A stretch of 64,000 nt of DNA, taken from positions 64,001-128,000 of the forward strand of contig CAXXMB010000002.1 of NCBI GenBank assembly GCA_963668675.2, given 5' to 3'. This document shows positions 49,158 through 58,374 of the stretch, in pieces. Origin of the DNA: an uncultured Desulfatitalea sp. Its GTDB lineage: Bacteria; Desulfobacterota; Desulfobacteria; Desulfobacterales; Desulfosarcinaceae. The translations under genes and the position numbers were made by a program. Every line of letters begins with the position of its first letter. Position 1 is the first letter of the stretch. The notes below the pieces were generated by a model. That model was given only the letters and a program-made list of their open reading frames with translations. It ran no database searches and was not told where the DNA came from.

Positions 49158-50207
49158 ATGGCCAACAACCACGACAACAAAGTAATGAGCGCCGAGGAGG
49201 CGATCCGCCGTTTCGTCGACGATGGTGAATCACTGATCATCGGTAACTACACCGTCGGTACCTGTACCGAACTTGTCTACGAAGTGTGCCGCCAGGGAAA
49301 AAAAGGGTTCACCCTCTACTCCCAATCGGGAATTCTCGACGTGGATGTGCTGATCAACGCCGGATGCGTCGACCGTATGGTCACCACCTACGTGATGCGT
49401 TCAGGCGGCAAAACCGGCGGCGGCGCAGTCGAAAGGGCGCTTCAGGCCGGCACCTTGGAGATGGAGGACTACACCAACTTCAACTACAATGCGCGCCTCA
49501 TGGCCGGCATGCATGGCTTCACCTTCATGCCCGTTCTGGAAGGCGTGATGGCCACCGACCTGTTCAAAAAGCGCGGCTTCATGGGTGACGACAAGTACCG
49601 GGTCATCAACTGCCCCTACACCGGTAAAAAGATACTGACCGTGCCGGCTGCCAACCCCGATGTGTGCATCATCCACGTCCAGCGGGCCGATAAATTCGGC
49701 AACGCCCAGTACTGGGGCGCCATGGGCAGCGTAGCGGCCGCAGCCCTGTGCAGCAAAAAAATTATCGTGTCGTGCGAAGAGATCGTCGAACACGACATCA
49801 TCCAGGCCAGCCCCCACTTCACCATCGTCCCCGCATACCGTGTCAATGCGGTGGTCGAAGTGCCTTGGGGTGCCCACCCCACCGAAGTTCTGGGATACTA
49901 CAACCAGGACAGCTTCTTCTACGGCATGTTCCGCAAAGCCAACAGCACGGCCGACGGCGCCAAAGAGTGGATGGACGAATGGGTTTACGGCTGTCCGGAC
50001 CGCGAGGCGTTCATCGACCATTATACAGCCAAATTCGGCATGGGCATGCTTGACCGGCTGCGGGCCAAAGCGTACTACTCGGCCCCGGCCAATTACGGCT
50101 CTGCTTTCACCTCGGTCTGGGATGAAACCGGTCGCAACCGTATCCTGGGGCTCACGCTCGAAGAGGTGGAACAGGAGATGGCGGAAAGGGGGCTGCTTTA
50201 TGAGTAA
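49158..50207 (+). CDS. Family I CoA-transferase alpha subunit (GctA-like)
   Basis: KVMSAEEAI, CPYTG, IHVQRADKFGN and PWGAHP motifs. Confidence 0.88.
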   Translation: MANNHDNKVMSAEEAIRRFVDDGESLIIGNYTVGTCTELVYEVCRQGKKGFTLYSQSGILDVDVLINAGCVDRMVTTYVMRSGGKTGGGAVERALQAGTLEMEDYTNFNYNARLMAGMHGFTFMPVLEGVMATDLFKKRGFMGDDKYRVINCPYTGKKILTVPAANPDVCIIHVQRADKFGNAQYWGAMGSVAAAALCSKKIIVSCEEIVEHDIIQASPHFTIVPAYRVNAVVEVPWGAHPTEVLGYYNQDSFFYGMFRKANSTADGAKEWMDEWVYGCPDREAFIDHYTAKFGMGMLDRLRAKAYYSAPANYGSAFTSVWDETGRNRILGLTLEEVEQEMAERGLLYE

Positions 50208-51024
50208 AGGCTATACGCTCAATGAACTGTTGATCATCTCCTGTGCCAAGGAGATCGAAGACTATCAAAATATCATCCTCGGCGTGGGGCTTCCGACCAC
50301 GGCGGGGGCCTTGGCCAAGGCGCTCTACGCCCCTCATGCCAATTTGATGATGGAATCGGGCATCATCGATTTCGAACCCCTGGTGCCCCTGCATCACATC
50401 GCCGACGCCCATGCCTGCCGCGGCTTCTCCTATTCCACTGACCTGTTTTCCGCCTTTACCATGACCTATCGCGGATTTGTCGACATCTGCTTTTTGGGGG
50501 TCGGACAGATTGACAAGTTCGGTAACTTGAACACCACCTGTATCGGTGATTACTACCAACCGGACCTGCGCCTGCCTGGGTCTGGCGGCGCGGCCGACTT
50601 CATCTCCTATGCCAAGAAAACAGTGCTGACCCTGCGAGGCGGCCAGTTCGTCGAAAAACTCGACTACTTCACCTCTCCCGGTTACCTGGACGGCGGTGAC
50701 AGCCGGGATGCATCGGGCTGGTTTCCCAAAGGCAGCGGCCCCTCCATGCTGCTGACCACCAAGGGGGTGTTCCGTTTCGATCCCGAAACCAAAGAGCTCT
50801 ACCTGGCCCAGATCCACCCCGGTGTCAACGTGGAGGATGTGCGCAAGGATGTGCCCTGGGACCTGAAAATTGCGCCCGACCTCTCCCAAACCGAGCGCCC
50901 TACGGACAAAGAGATCGATTTTGTGAGGCGATTCGCGCCTGCCGAGGCCTTGGGGCGTGAAGCCGCCACCGAACTGGGCATTGGGTATGCACTGCGCAGG
51001 GCCAAAGAGCGCGGCAAGGTATAA
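50200..51024 (+). CDS. Family I CoA-transferase beta subunit (GctB-like)
   Basis: GVGLP, MESG (catalytic Glu position), QIDKFGNLNTT and RLPGSGGA motifs; start overlaps alpha-subunit end. Confidence 0.88.
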   Translation: MSKGYTLNELLIISCAKEIEDYQNIILGVGLPTTAGALAKALYAPHANLMMESGIIDFEPLVPLHHIADAHACRGFSYSTDLFSAFTMTYRGFVDICFLGVGQIDKFGNLNTTCIGDYYQPDLRLPGSGGAADFISYAKKTVLTLRGGQFVEKLDYFTSPGYLDGGDSRDASGWFPKGSGPSMLLTTKGVFRFDPETKELYLAQIHPGVNVEDVRKDVPWDLKIAPDLSQTERPTDKEIDFVRRFAPAEALGREAATELGIGYALRRAKERGKV

Positions 51025-51104
51025 CCCTCTGGTCCTATCCATCTTTTCTGGGCCGATTCACCAGGAAAAGAGAACGCTCTTTTGCAATATCGAAACATAT
51101 ATGA

Positions 51105-51180
51105 AACCACAGAGGACACAGAGCCCACTGAGGGATTTTCCATTATCTTTTCCCTTAATCTCTGAATTCTGTGTCCTCTA
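51105..51180. repeat. ACCACAGAGGACACAGAG-type inverted repeat
   Basis: AGAGGACACAGA (51111-51122) and TCTGTGTCCTCT (51168-51179). Confidence 0.6.
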
Positions 51181-51258
51181 TAATAAAACATCACCTTTTC
51201 AATGACCTTTATTCGGCAGACAAACCCGAAATTTCGGTAATAAAGATTATGGAGCAGT

Positions 51259-53334
51259 ATGGAGACCTTTTTCTATCCACGGTCCGTGGCCGTCGCCGGG
51301 GCCAGCCAGAAAGAGAACCTGGGCAATCATGTCATCAAAAATCTCAAATCCGGTTTTGATGGCGATATCTATCCGATCAACCCAAACTATGAAGAGATAG
51401 AGGGGCTGCCCTGCTATCCATCCATTGATAAGGTCCCCGGCCATGTGGATCTGGCCATCGTGCTGGTGCCGGCCAAGGCGATACCCGCCTTGCTGGAATC
51501 GTGTGCCCAAAAGGGCACCCGACGCGTCATCATCGAAAGCGCTGGTTTTTCTGAAACCGGTGAGGAAGGGCGTGCCCTGCAGGAGAAGTGTGACGAGATT
51601 GCCCGAAAGAACGGCATCCGCCTCTGGGGTCCCAACTGCATGGGCAACGTCAATATCCACAAGCAGTACTTCTTCACTTTCATGCATCCGCGTATTCGCG
51701 CCTCGGGACTGCTGCCCGGCCGGATATCGCTCATCGTTCAGAGCGGAATGATGTCGGCCGTTTTCCTGGCTGAACTGGCGCGCAAAGGAATCGGCGTGGC
51801 CAAGGCCTGCTCGATCGGCAACCGCGCCGATGTGAACGAATGCGACCTGATCGCGTTTCTGGAAAAGGACGCCGACACCGAGGTGATCGCGCTCTACCTC
51901 GAATCGATCCCCCAGGGGCGACGCTTCGCCCAACTGGTAGAGGCGTCGACCAAACCCATCGTCCTGCTCAAAGGCGGCCAGAGCGACGCCGGTGCGCAGG
52001 CGGCCATGAGCCACACCAGCAGCCTCTCGGGCAACTCGCGTCTGGCGACCAGCATCCTCTCTAACGCCGGGGTTACCATGGCCAACAGCATTTTCCAGAT
52101 GATGGACATGGCCAATACACTGGCCGCCATCCCTAAGCTGAACCCGGCCTGCCGCATCGCCATAATGACACTGAGCGGTGGGGCCGGCATCCTGGCCTGC
52201 GATGCCTTGGCGCGTAGCGGTTTAACCATCGCGGCCTTGTCCGAGGAGACCAAAAAGAAATTGCTCGACGTATTTCCTCCCTGGATGCCGCCTTCCAATC
52301 CAATAGACCTCTTCCCGGCAGTGGCTCTGCGCGGTCGCGAAGTCGCCTTCAAAAGCTCCCTGGATGCCGCCCTGGAGGATCCCGGCATCGATGCTGTGGT
52401 GATCCACTTTGTCGCAGGCCTCGACGAAACGATGGCCGGGCAGCTTATGACGATCAAAAAGCGAGCGGACCAGTTGGGGAAAACCGTCATATTCTGGCTG
52501 ATGGGACTGGCCGAAGGCAAAAAAGCATTCGCCGAAAATGCCAGAGCAGCAGGCATTACAGTCCACTCGGACGGCACCCGTCTGGCCGAATGCCTCGCCG
52601 CCGTCGCCCGTTTCAATGCCTACAAAAACCAGAAAAAGGAGAGTGCCGCAGAAGCGATGACGACGCTTCCCGAACCAAGACAACTCGACCTTCCCCACCC
52701 CCATAAGATCCTGGATGAATTCGACAGCAAACGTCTCCTCAATGATTGGCAGATTCCTGTGGTCGAAGAGAAGATCGCCACCACCCATGCCCAAGCGTGG
52801 GAGTTTGCCAGTCAGGTCGGCCTGCCGGTGGCCATGAAGGGGCTGGCCCCGGATATGGCCCACAAAACGGAACACGGACTGGTCAAGCTGGGCATATCCG
52901 ACCAACCGCAGCTGATCCAAACCTACGATACGCTCCGTGACAAGGTGGGCGACAGCGGCCGCGTCCTGGTTCAGAAACAGATCGCCTGCGATTATGAACT
53001 GATTGCAGGCTTCCTGAGAGATACCCAGTTCGGACCGTGCGTCATGTTCGGCCTGGGCGGCCTCCTGGCCGAACTGGAGCCGGACGTCATGTTCGCCCTG
53101 GCGCCTCTCACCCAGGCCAAAGCCGTCCAGCTCATCCACAGCCTGCGCAACCGAAAACTGCTGCGGGGCTTTCGCGGAATGACACCCCTCGATGAAAATG
53201 CCGCAGCCCGACTCCTGGTCAACCTGGGAAACCTCGGCGCAACCCACCCCCAGATCGAACAGATCGACATCAACCCCCTGGTGGTCTCGAAGGGGGTGCC
53301 GATCGCCGTGGATGCCAACGTGGTTTTGAAGTAG
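51259..53334 (+). CDS. NDP-forming acyl-CoA synthetase (acetate--CoA ligase family, fused subunits)
   Basis: GPNCMG, QSG, SHT (phospho-His), SGGAG, NPIDL, HKTE and IDINPL motifs. Confidence 0.9.
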   Translation: METFFYPRSVAVAGASQKENLGNHVIKNLKSGFDGDIYPINPNYEEIEGLPCYPSIDKVPGHVDLAIVLVPAKAIPALLESCAQKGTRRVIIESAGFSETGEEGRALQEKCDEIARKNGIRLWGPNCMGNVNIHKQYFFTFMHPRIRASGLLPGRISLIVQSGMMSAVFLAELARKGIGVAKACSIGNRADVNECDLIAFLEKDADTEVIALYLESIPQGRRFAQLVEASTKPIVLLKGGQSDAGAQAAMSHTSSLSGNSRLATSILSNAGVTMANSIFQMMDMANTLAAIPKLNPACRIAIMTLSGGAGILACDALARSGLTIAALSEETKKKLLDVFPPWMPPSNPIDLFPAVALRGREVAFKSSLDAALEDPGIDAVVIHFVAGLDETMAGQLMTIKKRADQLGKTVIFWLMGLAEGKKAFAENARAAGITVHSDGTRLAECLAAVARFNAYKNQKKESAAEAMTTLPEPRQLDLPHPHKILDEFDSKRLLNDWQIPVVEEKIATTHAQAWEFASQVGLPVAMKGLAPDMAHKTEHGLVKLGISDQPQLIQTYDTLRDKVGDSGRVLVQKQIACDYELIAGFLRDTQFGPCVMFGLGGLLAELEPDVMFALAPLTQAKAVQLIHSLRNRKLLRGFRGMTPLDENAAARLLVNLGNLGATHPQIEQIDINPLVVSKGVPIAVDANVVLK

Positions 53335-53405
53335 AGAGAAAAAAGGAGAAGGAATAGAAGACCGTTTCTGACAAATGCCACACCCAATAGATAAGGAGAC
53401 ATCGT

Positions 53406-54407
53406 ATGACCGACCATACATGCTACCAACAATTGGCTGAGGCGGTAGGAGCAGGCGGTTCCAAGTACATCCCCCAAATCTTCGGGGTCCTTGCGGACGA
53501 GAACGAGGCCCGGCTTCTCCTGGCCGCCTCGCCTCCGGCAACCGCTGCGGAACTGAGCGAAAAGACGGGCCTGGACCAGGCGGAGATCGAGCGAATGGCC
53601 GGATCCCTGTTTACCAAGGGTCTGCTGCTGAAATCCAAAAAGCCGGACGGCATCCGATATTACCGCGTCCGGCATTTCATTCAGATGCACGATGCCACAG
53701 CCGTCATGATCGATGCGCCCCAGAAAATGCTTGATCTGTGGAAGTCTTTCATGGCCGAGGAGTTTGTGGGCTACAACCGGGCTTTGGAGGAGGTACTTCC
53801 AAAAGCCGTCATGCGCGTCGTCCCGGTGAATGTCGCCATCACATCCGGTGCCCAAATCCTGGCCATGGACGATGTAAAGCAGATGGTCGACAACGCCCGC
53901 AACCTGGCTGTCACGCGCTGCTCCTGCCGGGTCATCGACGGAAAATGCGGTAAGCCGATCGAGGTGTGTGTGCAGATTGACAAGGCGGCCGACTACTCCA
54001 TCGAAAGGGGCACCGGACGGCCCATCGGCAAAGAAGAAACACTTGCATTGATGCAACAATGCGAAGAGGAGGGGCTGATCCATGTAAGCGACAACGCCCG
54101 GGCACCGGGGCATGTGATCTGCAACTGCTGCAGCGACTGCTGCCTGGTCTGGCCGTCGGTGCGCACCGGCCTCGGCCGATATGTCTCCCCTAGCCGGTTT
54201 GCAGCCCAAGTGGACCCGGAAAAATGCTCAGCCTGCGAGACGTGTCTGGACCGGTGCTATTTCGAAGCCATCACCATGACCGGTGGATATGACACCGCCG
54301 TGGTAGATGCCGACAAATGCATGGGATGCGGACTATGCCTGGTCACCTGCCCCGAAGAAGCCATATCCCTGAGGGAGATCCGGTCTGAAGAGTTCGTCCC
54401 CCAATAG
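53406..54407 (+). CDS. 4Fe-4S ferredoxin-domain protein with N-terminal HTH-like region
   Basis: CSCR, CNCCSDCC, CSACETCLDRC and CMGCGLCLVTC motifs. Confidence 0.85.
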   Translation: MTDHTCYQQLAEAVGAGGSKYIPQIFGVLADENEARLLLAASPPATAAELSEKTGLDQAEIERMAGSLFTKGLLLKSKKPDGIRYYRVRHFIQMHDATAVMIDAPQKMLDLWKSFMAEEFVGYNRALEEVLPKAVMRVVPVNVAITSGAQILAMDDVKQMVDNARNLAVTRCSCRVIDGKCGKPIEVCVQIDKAADYSIERGTGRPIGKEETLALMQQCEEEGLIHVSDNARAPGHVICNCCSDCCLVWPSVRTGLGRYVSPSRFAAQVDPEKCSACETCLDRCYFEAITMTGGYDTAVVDADKCMGCGLCLVTCPEEAISLREIRSEEFVPQ

Positions 54408-54414
54408 TCTCGTG

Positions 54415-54564
54415 TTATTAAACCGGCAATTAAATAGGCCAACCCTTGTCATCCCGGACTTGATCCGGGATCCAGGAACGGTCTGGATAGCGCCAAGGCT
54501 TCACTGCGTGCCCGGCCTGCGCCGGAATGACGATTGCTAAGGTAGTTAATTGCCGGGTTAATAA
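54415..54564. mobile_element. MITE-like element with 19-bp terminal inverted repeats enclosing CGTC-type palindromes
   Basis: TTATTAAACCGGCAATTAA / TTAATTGCCGGGTTAATAA (1 mismatch); internal GTCATCCCGGACTTGATCCGGGATCCA and CCGGAATGACG. Confidence 0.75.
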
Positions 54565-54584
54565 AAGTGCGATGGATCTTTTTT

Positions 54585-56411
54585 TCATGGGAACAGGGCA
54601 AAACAGAGCCACACGATAACGGTTGGCAGCAGAGCCCCCATGAGCAATCCAAATGGTGACACGGCGTCGTCGAAATACCTCTTTAAAAGCGACTGCCCGG
54701 CCGGATTGGGTGCGTTGGCGATGACGGTAAGCCCTCCCCCGGCCACCGCCCCGGCCACCACGGCATACTTGAGGCTGTCGTCAAATCCGGGCACCAGGGT
54801 GCTGAGATAGGTGATCGCGGCATTGTCGTTGAAAGCGGTCAAAACGGTTGCACTCAGCATAAGCGGGATCTCGCTGAGACTTCCCAGCACCGGCTCGATC
54901 CACCATCCCTGCACACCACCGTGGATCACCAGCCCCCCGAGGAAAAAGCCGACCAACAAGGGCGCTTTGAGGTCGATGCGATTCTGGAACGGGATGGTGA
55001 CCTGCGCGAATCCCAAGAAAAAAAGCAGCCCGGGGATAAACAGTTGCGGATGATGAGCGTTGAATATGGTCCACCCCATAAACAGGACATGCCCGATAAT
55101 CACCCAGGCAGGTACTGGGTCATCGCGCTGATCCCAGTCAGGATCGGCAAACACCGGACGCTTCAGTACGGGGAGAAATCCGGGGATATATTCTCTCAGC
55201 TTTTTTAGCTTGATCTCCTCGAAGCGTTTGTCGAAGGCCTCCTTTACCAGTTCGGGTTCAAAGCCCCGTCTTTGAAGCCGAGGCAAGAAGGACGCTTCCA
55301 ATCGGTTTTTCACGCTTTCGATAATCTCGTTTGTTTTGCGTCCCACCGTCTCTGCAAACTGGAGTTCTTCGGAGACCAGTGGTCCGATCTTTTCGAATTC
55401 GGCCTCAAGCTCTTTTCGTTTGATCATCTCCGTCTGAATGCGATGCTTGATCTCTTCGACGGCAAATGCGTGCTGCAGTTCAGCGAACTCTTTTCGGAAG
55501 AACAAATAGTAGATAGAGTTGCTCAAAAGAATTCCGATAATCTCTTTCCATCCGAAATGGGTGACCATAAACAGCGTATCCCATTCCCAAGGGCCGGCCA
55601 CCATCAATACAGGAGGGGCGGCGAAGTTGGTCAACGTCCCGCCAACCGAAATGTTCACAAAAAGAAGGCCCAGGGTGGCGTATTTAAATTTGGTGCTGGG
55701 CTGCAAGGTGTAAAATTTGCTGCTGAGCAACAATGCGGAAATGGTCATTGCTGCCGGTTCGGTGATGAACGAGCCCAGGGTGGGTCCCAGTGTCAAAATG
55801 GTAAACCACCAGGCCGTGAGACTACCACCCAAAATGGCTGCAATTTTCTTCATGATCATCTCTGCCAATTTCAGGATAGGGCGGGTCGCAGCCAAAATCA
55901 TAATCGCGACGACGAACATAGGCTCCCCGAAATTGACGTTATGAGAGATGTAGTTGACGGTTGTCTTCCAATCGAAGAAAATGATGATGGTGATCACCAG
56001 GGCCCCCGCCCACAGGCCGAACACCACTTCGACTTCACCAAAAAAGTGAAACAGTTCGGCCCCGTGGTGAACCGAGTACTTGTCGGCCTTGCCCTGCCGT
56101 ATCTTTTCTTCGTGTTCATGCTCCCATTTATGCGCCAAGGTCATGAACTTGCTGCTCAGAAAAGTGTGAACGATGGCGCAGAAAAAAATCAGCGTAGCCA
56201 CGAGATTGAATGGCTGCTGACGAACACGGCTTACTAAAATGCCGAAGATGCCATCGGTATCCTGATCTGCGTAACTGCTCAACGAAGGTGGAAAGTCGAC
56301 CGCCTGTTCAGTTGTGGGGGCGGCACCCCAGGCGGCGCCGGCCCAAATCGCTACCAGGGCCAACAGCGGAATCAATAGCCGGCATTTTGACCAAAGTGGA
56401 TAGATCTTCAT
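54585..56411 (-). CDS. Putative Na+/H+ antiporter (DUF1504-like)
   Basis: FHFFGEVEVVFGLW, GSFITEPAAMT, DNAAITYL and GGGLTVIANAPNPAG motifs; many TM helices. Confidence 0.8.
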   Translation of the reverse strand: MKIYPLWSKCRLLIPLLALVAIWAGAAWGAAPTTEQAVDFPPSLSSYADQDTDGIFGILVSRVRQQPFNLVATLIFFCAIVHTFLSSKFMTLAHKWEHEHEEKIRQGKADKYSVHHGAELFHFFGEVEVVFGLWAGALVITIIIFFDWKTTVNYISHNVNFGEPMFVVAIMILAATRPILKLAEMIMKKIAAILGGSLTAWWFTILTLGPTLGSFITEPAAMTISALLLSSKFYTLQPSTKFKYATLGLLFVNISVGGTLTNFAAPPVLMVAGPWEWDTLFMVTHFGWKEIIGILLSNSIYYLFFRKEFAELQHAFAVEEIKHRIQTEMIKRKELEAEFEKIGPLVSEELQFAETVGRKTNEIIESVKNRLEASFLPRLQRRGFEPELVKEAFDKRFEEIKLKKLREYIPGFLPVLKRPVFADPDWDQRDDPVPAWVIIGHVLFMGWTIFNAHHPQLFIPGLLFFLGFAQVTIPFQNRIDLKAPLLVGFFLGGLVIHGGVQGWWIEPVLGSLSEIPLMLSATVLTAFNDNAAITYLSTLVPGFDDSLKYAVVAGAVAGGGLTVIANAPNPAGQSLLKRYFDDAVSPFGLLMGALLPTVIVWLCFALFP

Positions 56412-56525
56412 CTCTTTTGCTCCGGACTTAGCATGTTGGGCGCACAGGCATGGCCGGACAGATCGAATTGCCCGGTGTGTGGCCCAGCGTTACTGAAACA
56501 TAAACCGCCCAAAAATAACTGCAGC

Positions 56526-56945
56526 TTACTTGCCTCTGGTCTCTTTCAAGGTCTGTTTCAAAATATAGTAGGCAATCGCAATTGAAATAATCAGTGCAGC
56601 GATGCCTATCACTGACACCCCTGAATACTCCTTGACGTCCAGAATGATCACTTTTCGGGTAATGGCGATCAGGGCCACTTCGAGTACAATCTCCGAGTGG
56701 ACCACCTTTTCGGCAAGATAGGCCTTAATGGTCTCCAACAGCTCCACCCCTATGAGGATCAGCAAAAAAAACCCGAATATTTCTAGTAGCTGGTCGATCT
56801 CCAACCAGAAAAGCGGTGGCGAAATAATATCTTGAACAATGATGTATGCCAGTTCAACCGTGGATATCAGCACAACGACGATCATCATGAAAATGAGGGC
56901 CAGGATGACGGCATGTTCAAATTTTCGAATAATACTTGTCCCCAT
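56526..56945 (-). CDS. Phosphate-starvation-inducible PsiE family membrane protein
   Basis: LIGVELLETIKAYL and ALIAITRKVIILD motifs; four TM helices. Confidence 0.85.
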   Translation of the reverse strand: MGTSIIRKFEHAVILALIFMMIVVVLISTVELAYIIVQDIISPPLFWLEIDQLLEIFGFFLLILIGVELLETIKAYLAEKVVHSEIVLEVALIAITRKVIILDVKEYSGVSVIGIAALIISIAIAYYILKQTLKETRGK

Positions 56946-57233
56946 CGAAAGACTCCCGTTGGCATTGATAAGGGTGCGTTCTCGCCCCCACACGGCCCCG
57001 AATCGCCTTAAGCGCGTCGGTGGTGATCTGAAAAACGAACCAAACAGCTATTTTACTTGCCGACAGACGAATGCTATCATAGAGTTCATAGCATTAAAAA
57101 CAGTAACATTCTACTCCCCTTGCTCTTTTTTCGATTCGGACGCACCCTATGCGAAGGGGCAGATCGGGCTCGGCATTGGTTTGATAGGCAAAGCACTCCT
57201 TATTCACTTGCAAACAAAAGGAGATGACAACCC

Positions 57234-58370
57234 ATGCGAGGATGTGAACGCTCACGACCATTCTGTTTGCTTTGTGGTATCGCGATAGCCTTGGCCGTCT
57301 CTACCCTTCAAGGATGCAAACCCAGAGATCCCATCCGAATCGGTTTTGTCGCCGGCACATCCGGCCGGGTGGCCGATCTTGGTATTTCGGGCCGGGATGC
57401 CGCCCAACTGGCCATCGAACAGTGCAACAGGGACGGCGGCATTGGAGGGCACCCGGTCCAGCTCATCGTCAAGGACGATCAACAGAATCCAGATCGTGCC
57501 CGCCAAGTCGTCAAGGAGTTGATCGATGAGGGTGCAGTCGCCATGATCGGACCGATGACCAGCGACATGGCCGTTGCCGTCACGCCCCTTCTGAATGAGG
57601 CGCGGCTGGTCACCGTAAGCCCCACGGCGACCACCCAGTCGCTCTCCGGCAAGGATGACTATTTTTTCCGGGTTACATCAACCACCCTCGCATACGCCCG
57701 AAAGAGCGCCCGATATCAAATTGACCGCGCCGGCGCCCGCCGAATCGCAGCGGCATACGACAGGGGCAACCGCTCCTTCTGCGAGAATTGGCTGGCTAAT
57801 TTCAAAAAGGTCTTCACCGACTCGGGGGGAGAGATTGTCGTCACCGCTAATTTTAAATCGGACGAACCGCCGACTTTTCTCGAAATTGCAGGCAAATTGC
57901 TCGCATCCCAGCCCGACTGCGTGATCATCATCGCCAATTCCATGGATTCGGCCCTGCTGTGCCATCAGATCCGCAAGATCGACACTGAGACGCCGATAAT
58001 GCTGGCCGACTGGGGCGCTACCGAACGTCTCCTTGAATTGGGGGGCAAGGCGGTCGAAGGGATAACGGTGGTGCAGACATTCGATCGCAACAGCCAGGCA
58101 CCTCGCTATCAGACTTTCCGGAAAACCTATATCGAACGCTATCAGCGTGAACCCGGTTTTCCTGGTGTCCATACCTATGATGCTGTGCAGGTGGTTCTGG
58201 CCACCCTTCACGCACAGAAGAGCGGAGAGAGTTTCAAAGAGACCCTGCTCTCCATAAGAACATTCGAAGGACTGCAAAGCAGTTTCAGCTTGGACGAATT
58301 CGGAGATACGAACCGCGGCTATGAAACCATCGGCATTGTCCGCAACAACCGTTTTGCCGTCTTGGAGTGA
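57234..58370 (+). CDS. Periplasmic ligand-binding lipoprotein (Leu/Ile/Val-binding type 1 fold)
   Basis: LQGC lipobox, PIRIGF, IGPMTS and DDYFFRV motifs. Confidence 0.88.
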   Translation: MRGCERSRPFCLLCGIAIALAVSTLQGCKPRDPIRIGFVAGTSGRVADLGISGRDAAQLAIEQCNRDGGIGGHPVQLIVKDDQQNPDRARQVVKELIDEGAVAMIGPMTSDMAVAVTPLLNEARLVTVSPTATTQSLSGKDDYFFRVTSTTLAYARKSARYQIDRAGARRIAAAYDRGNRSFCENWLANFKKVFTDSGGEIVVTANFKSDEPPTFLEIAGKLLASQPDCVIIIANSMDSALLCHQIRKIDTETPIMLADWGATERLLELGGKAVEGITVVQTFDRNSQAPRYQTFRKTYIERYQREPGFPGVHTYDAVQVVLATLHAQKSGESFKETLLSIRTFEGLQSSFSLDEFGDTNRGYETIGIVRNNRFAVLE

Positions 58371-58374
58371 TGCG

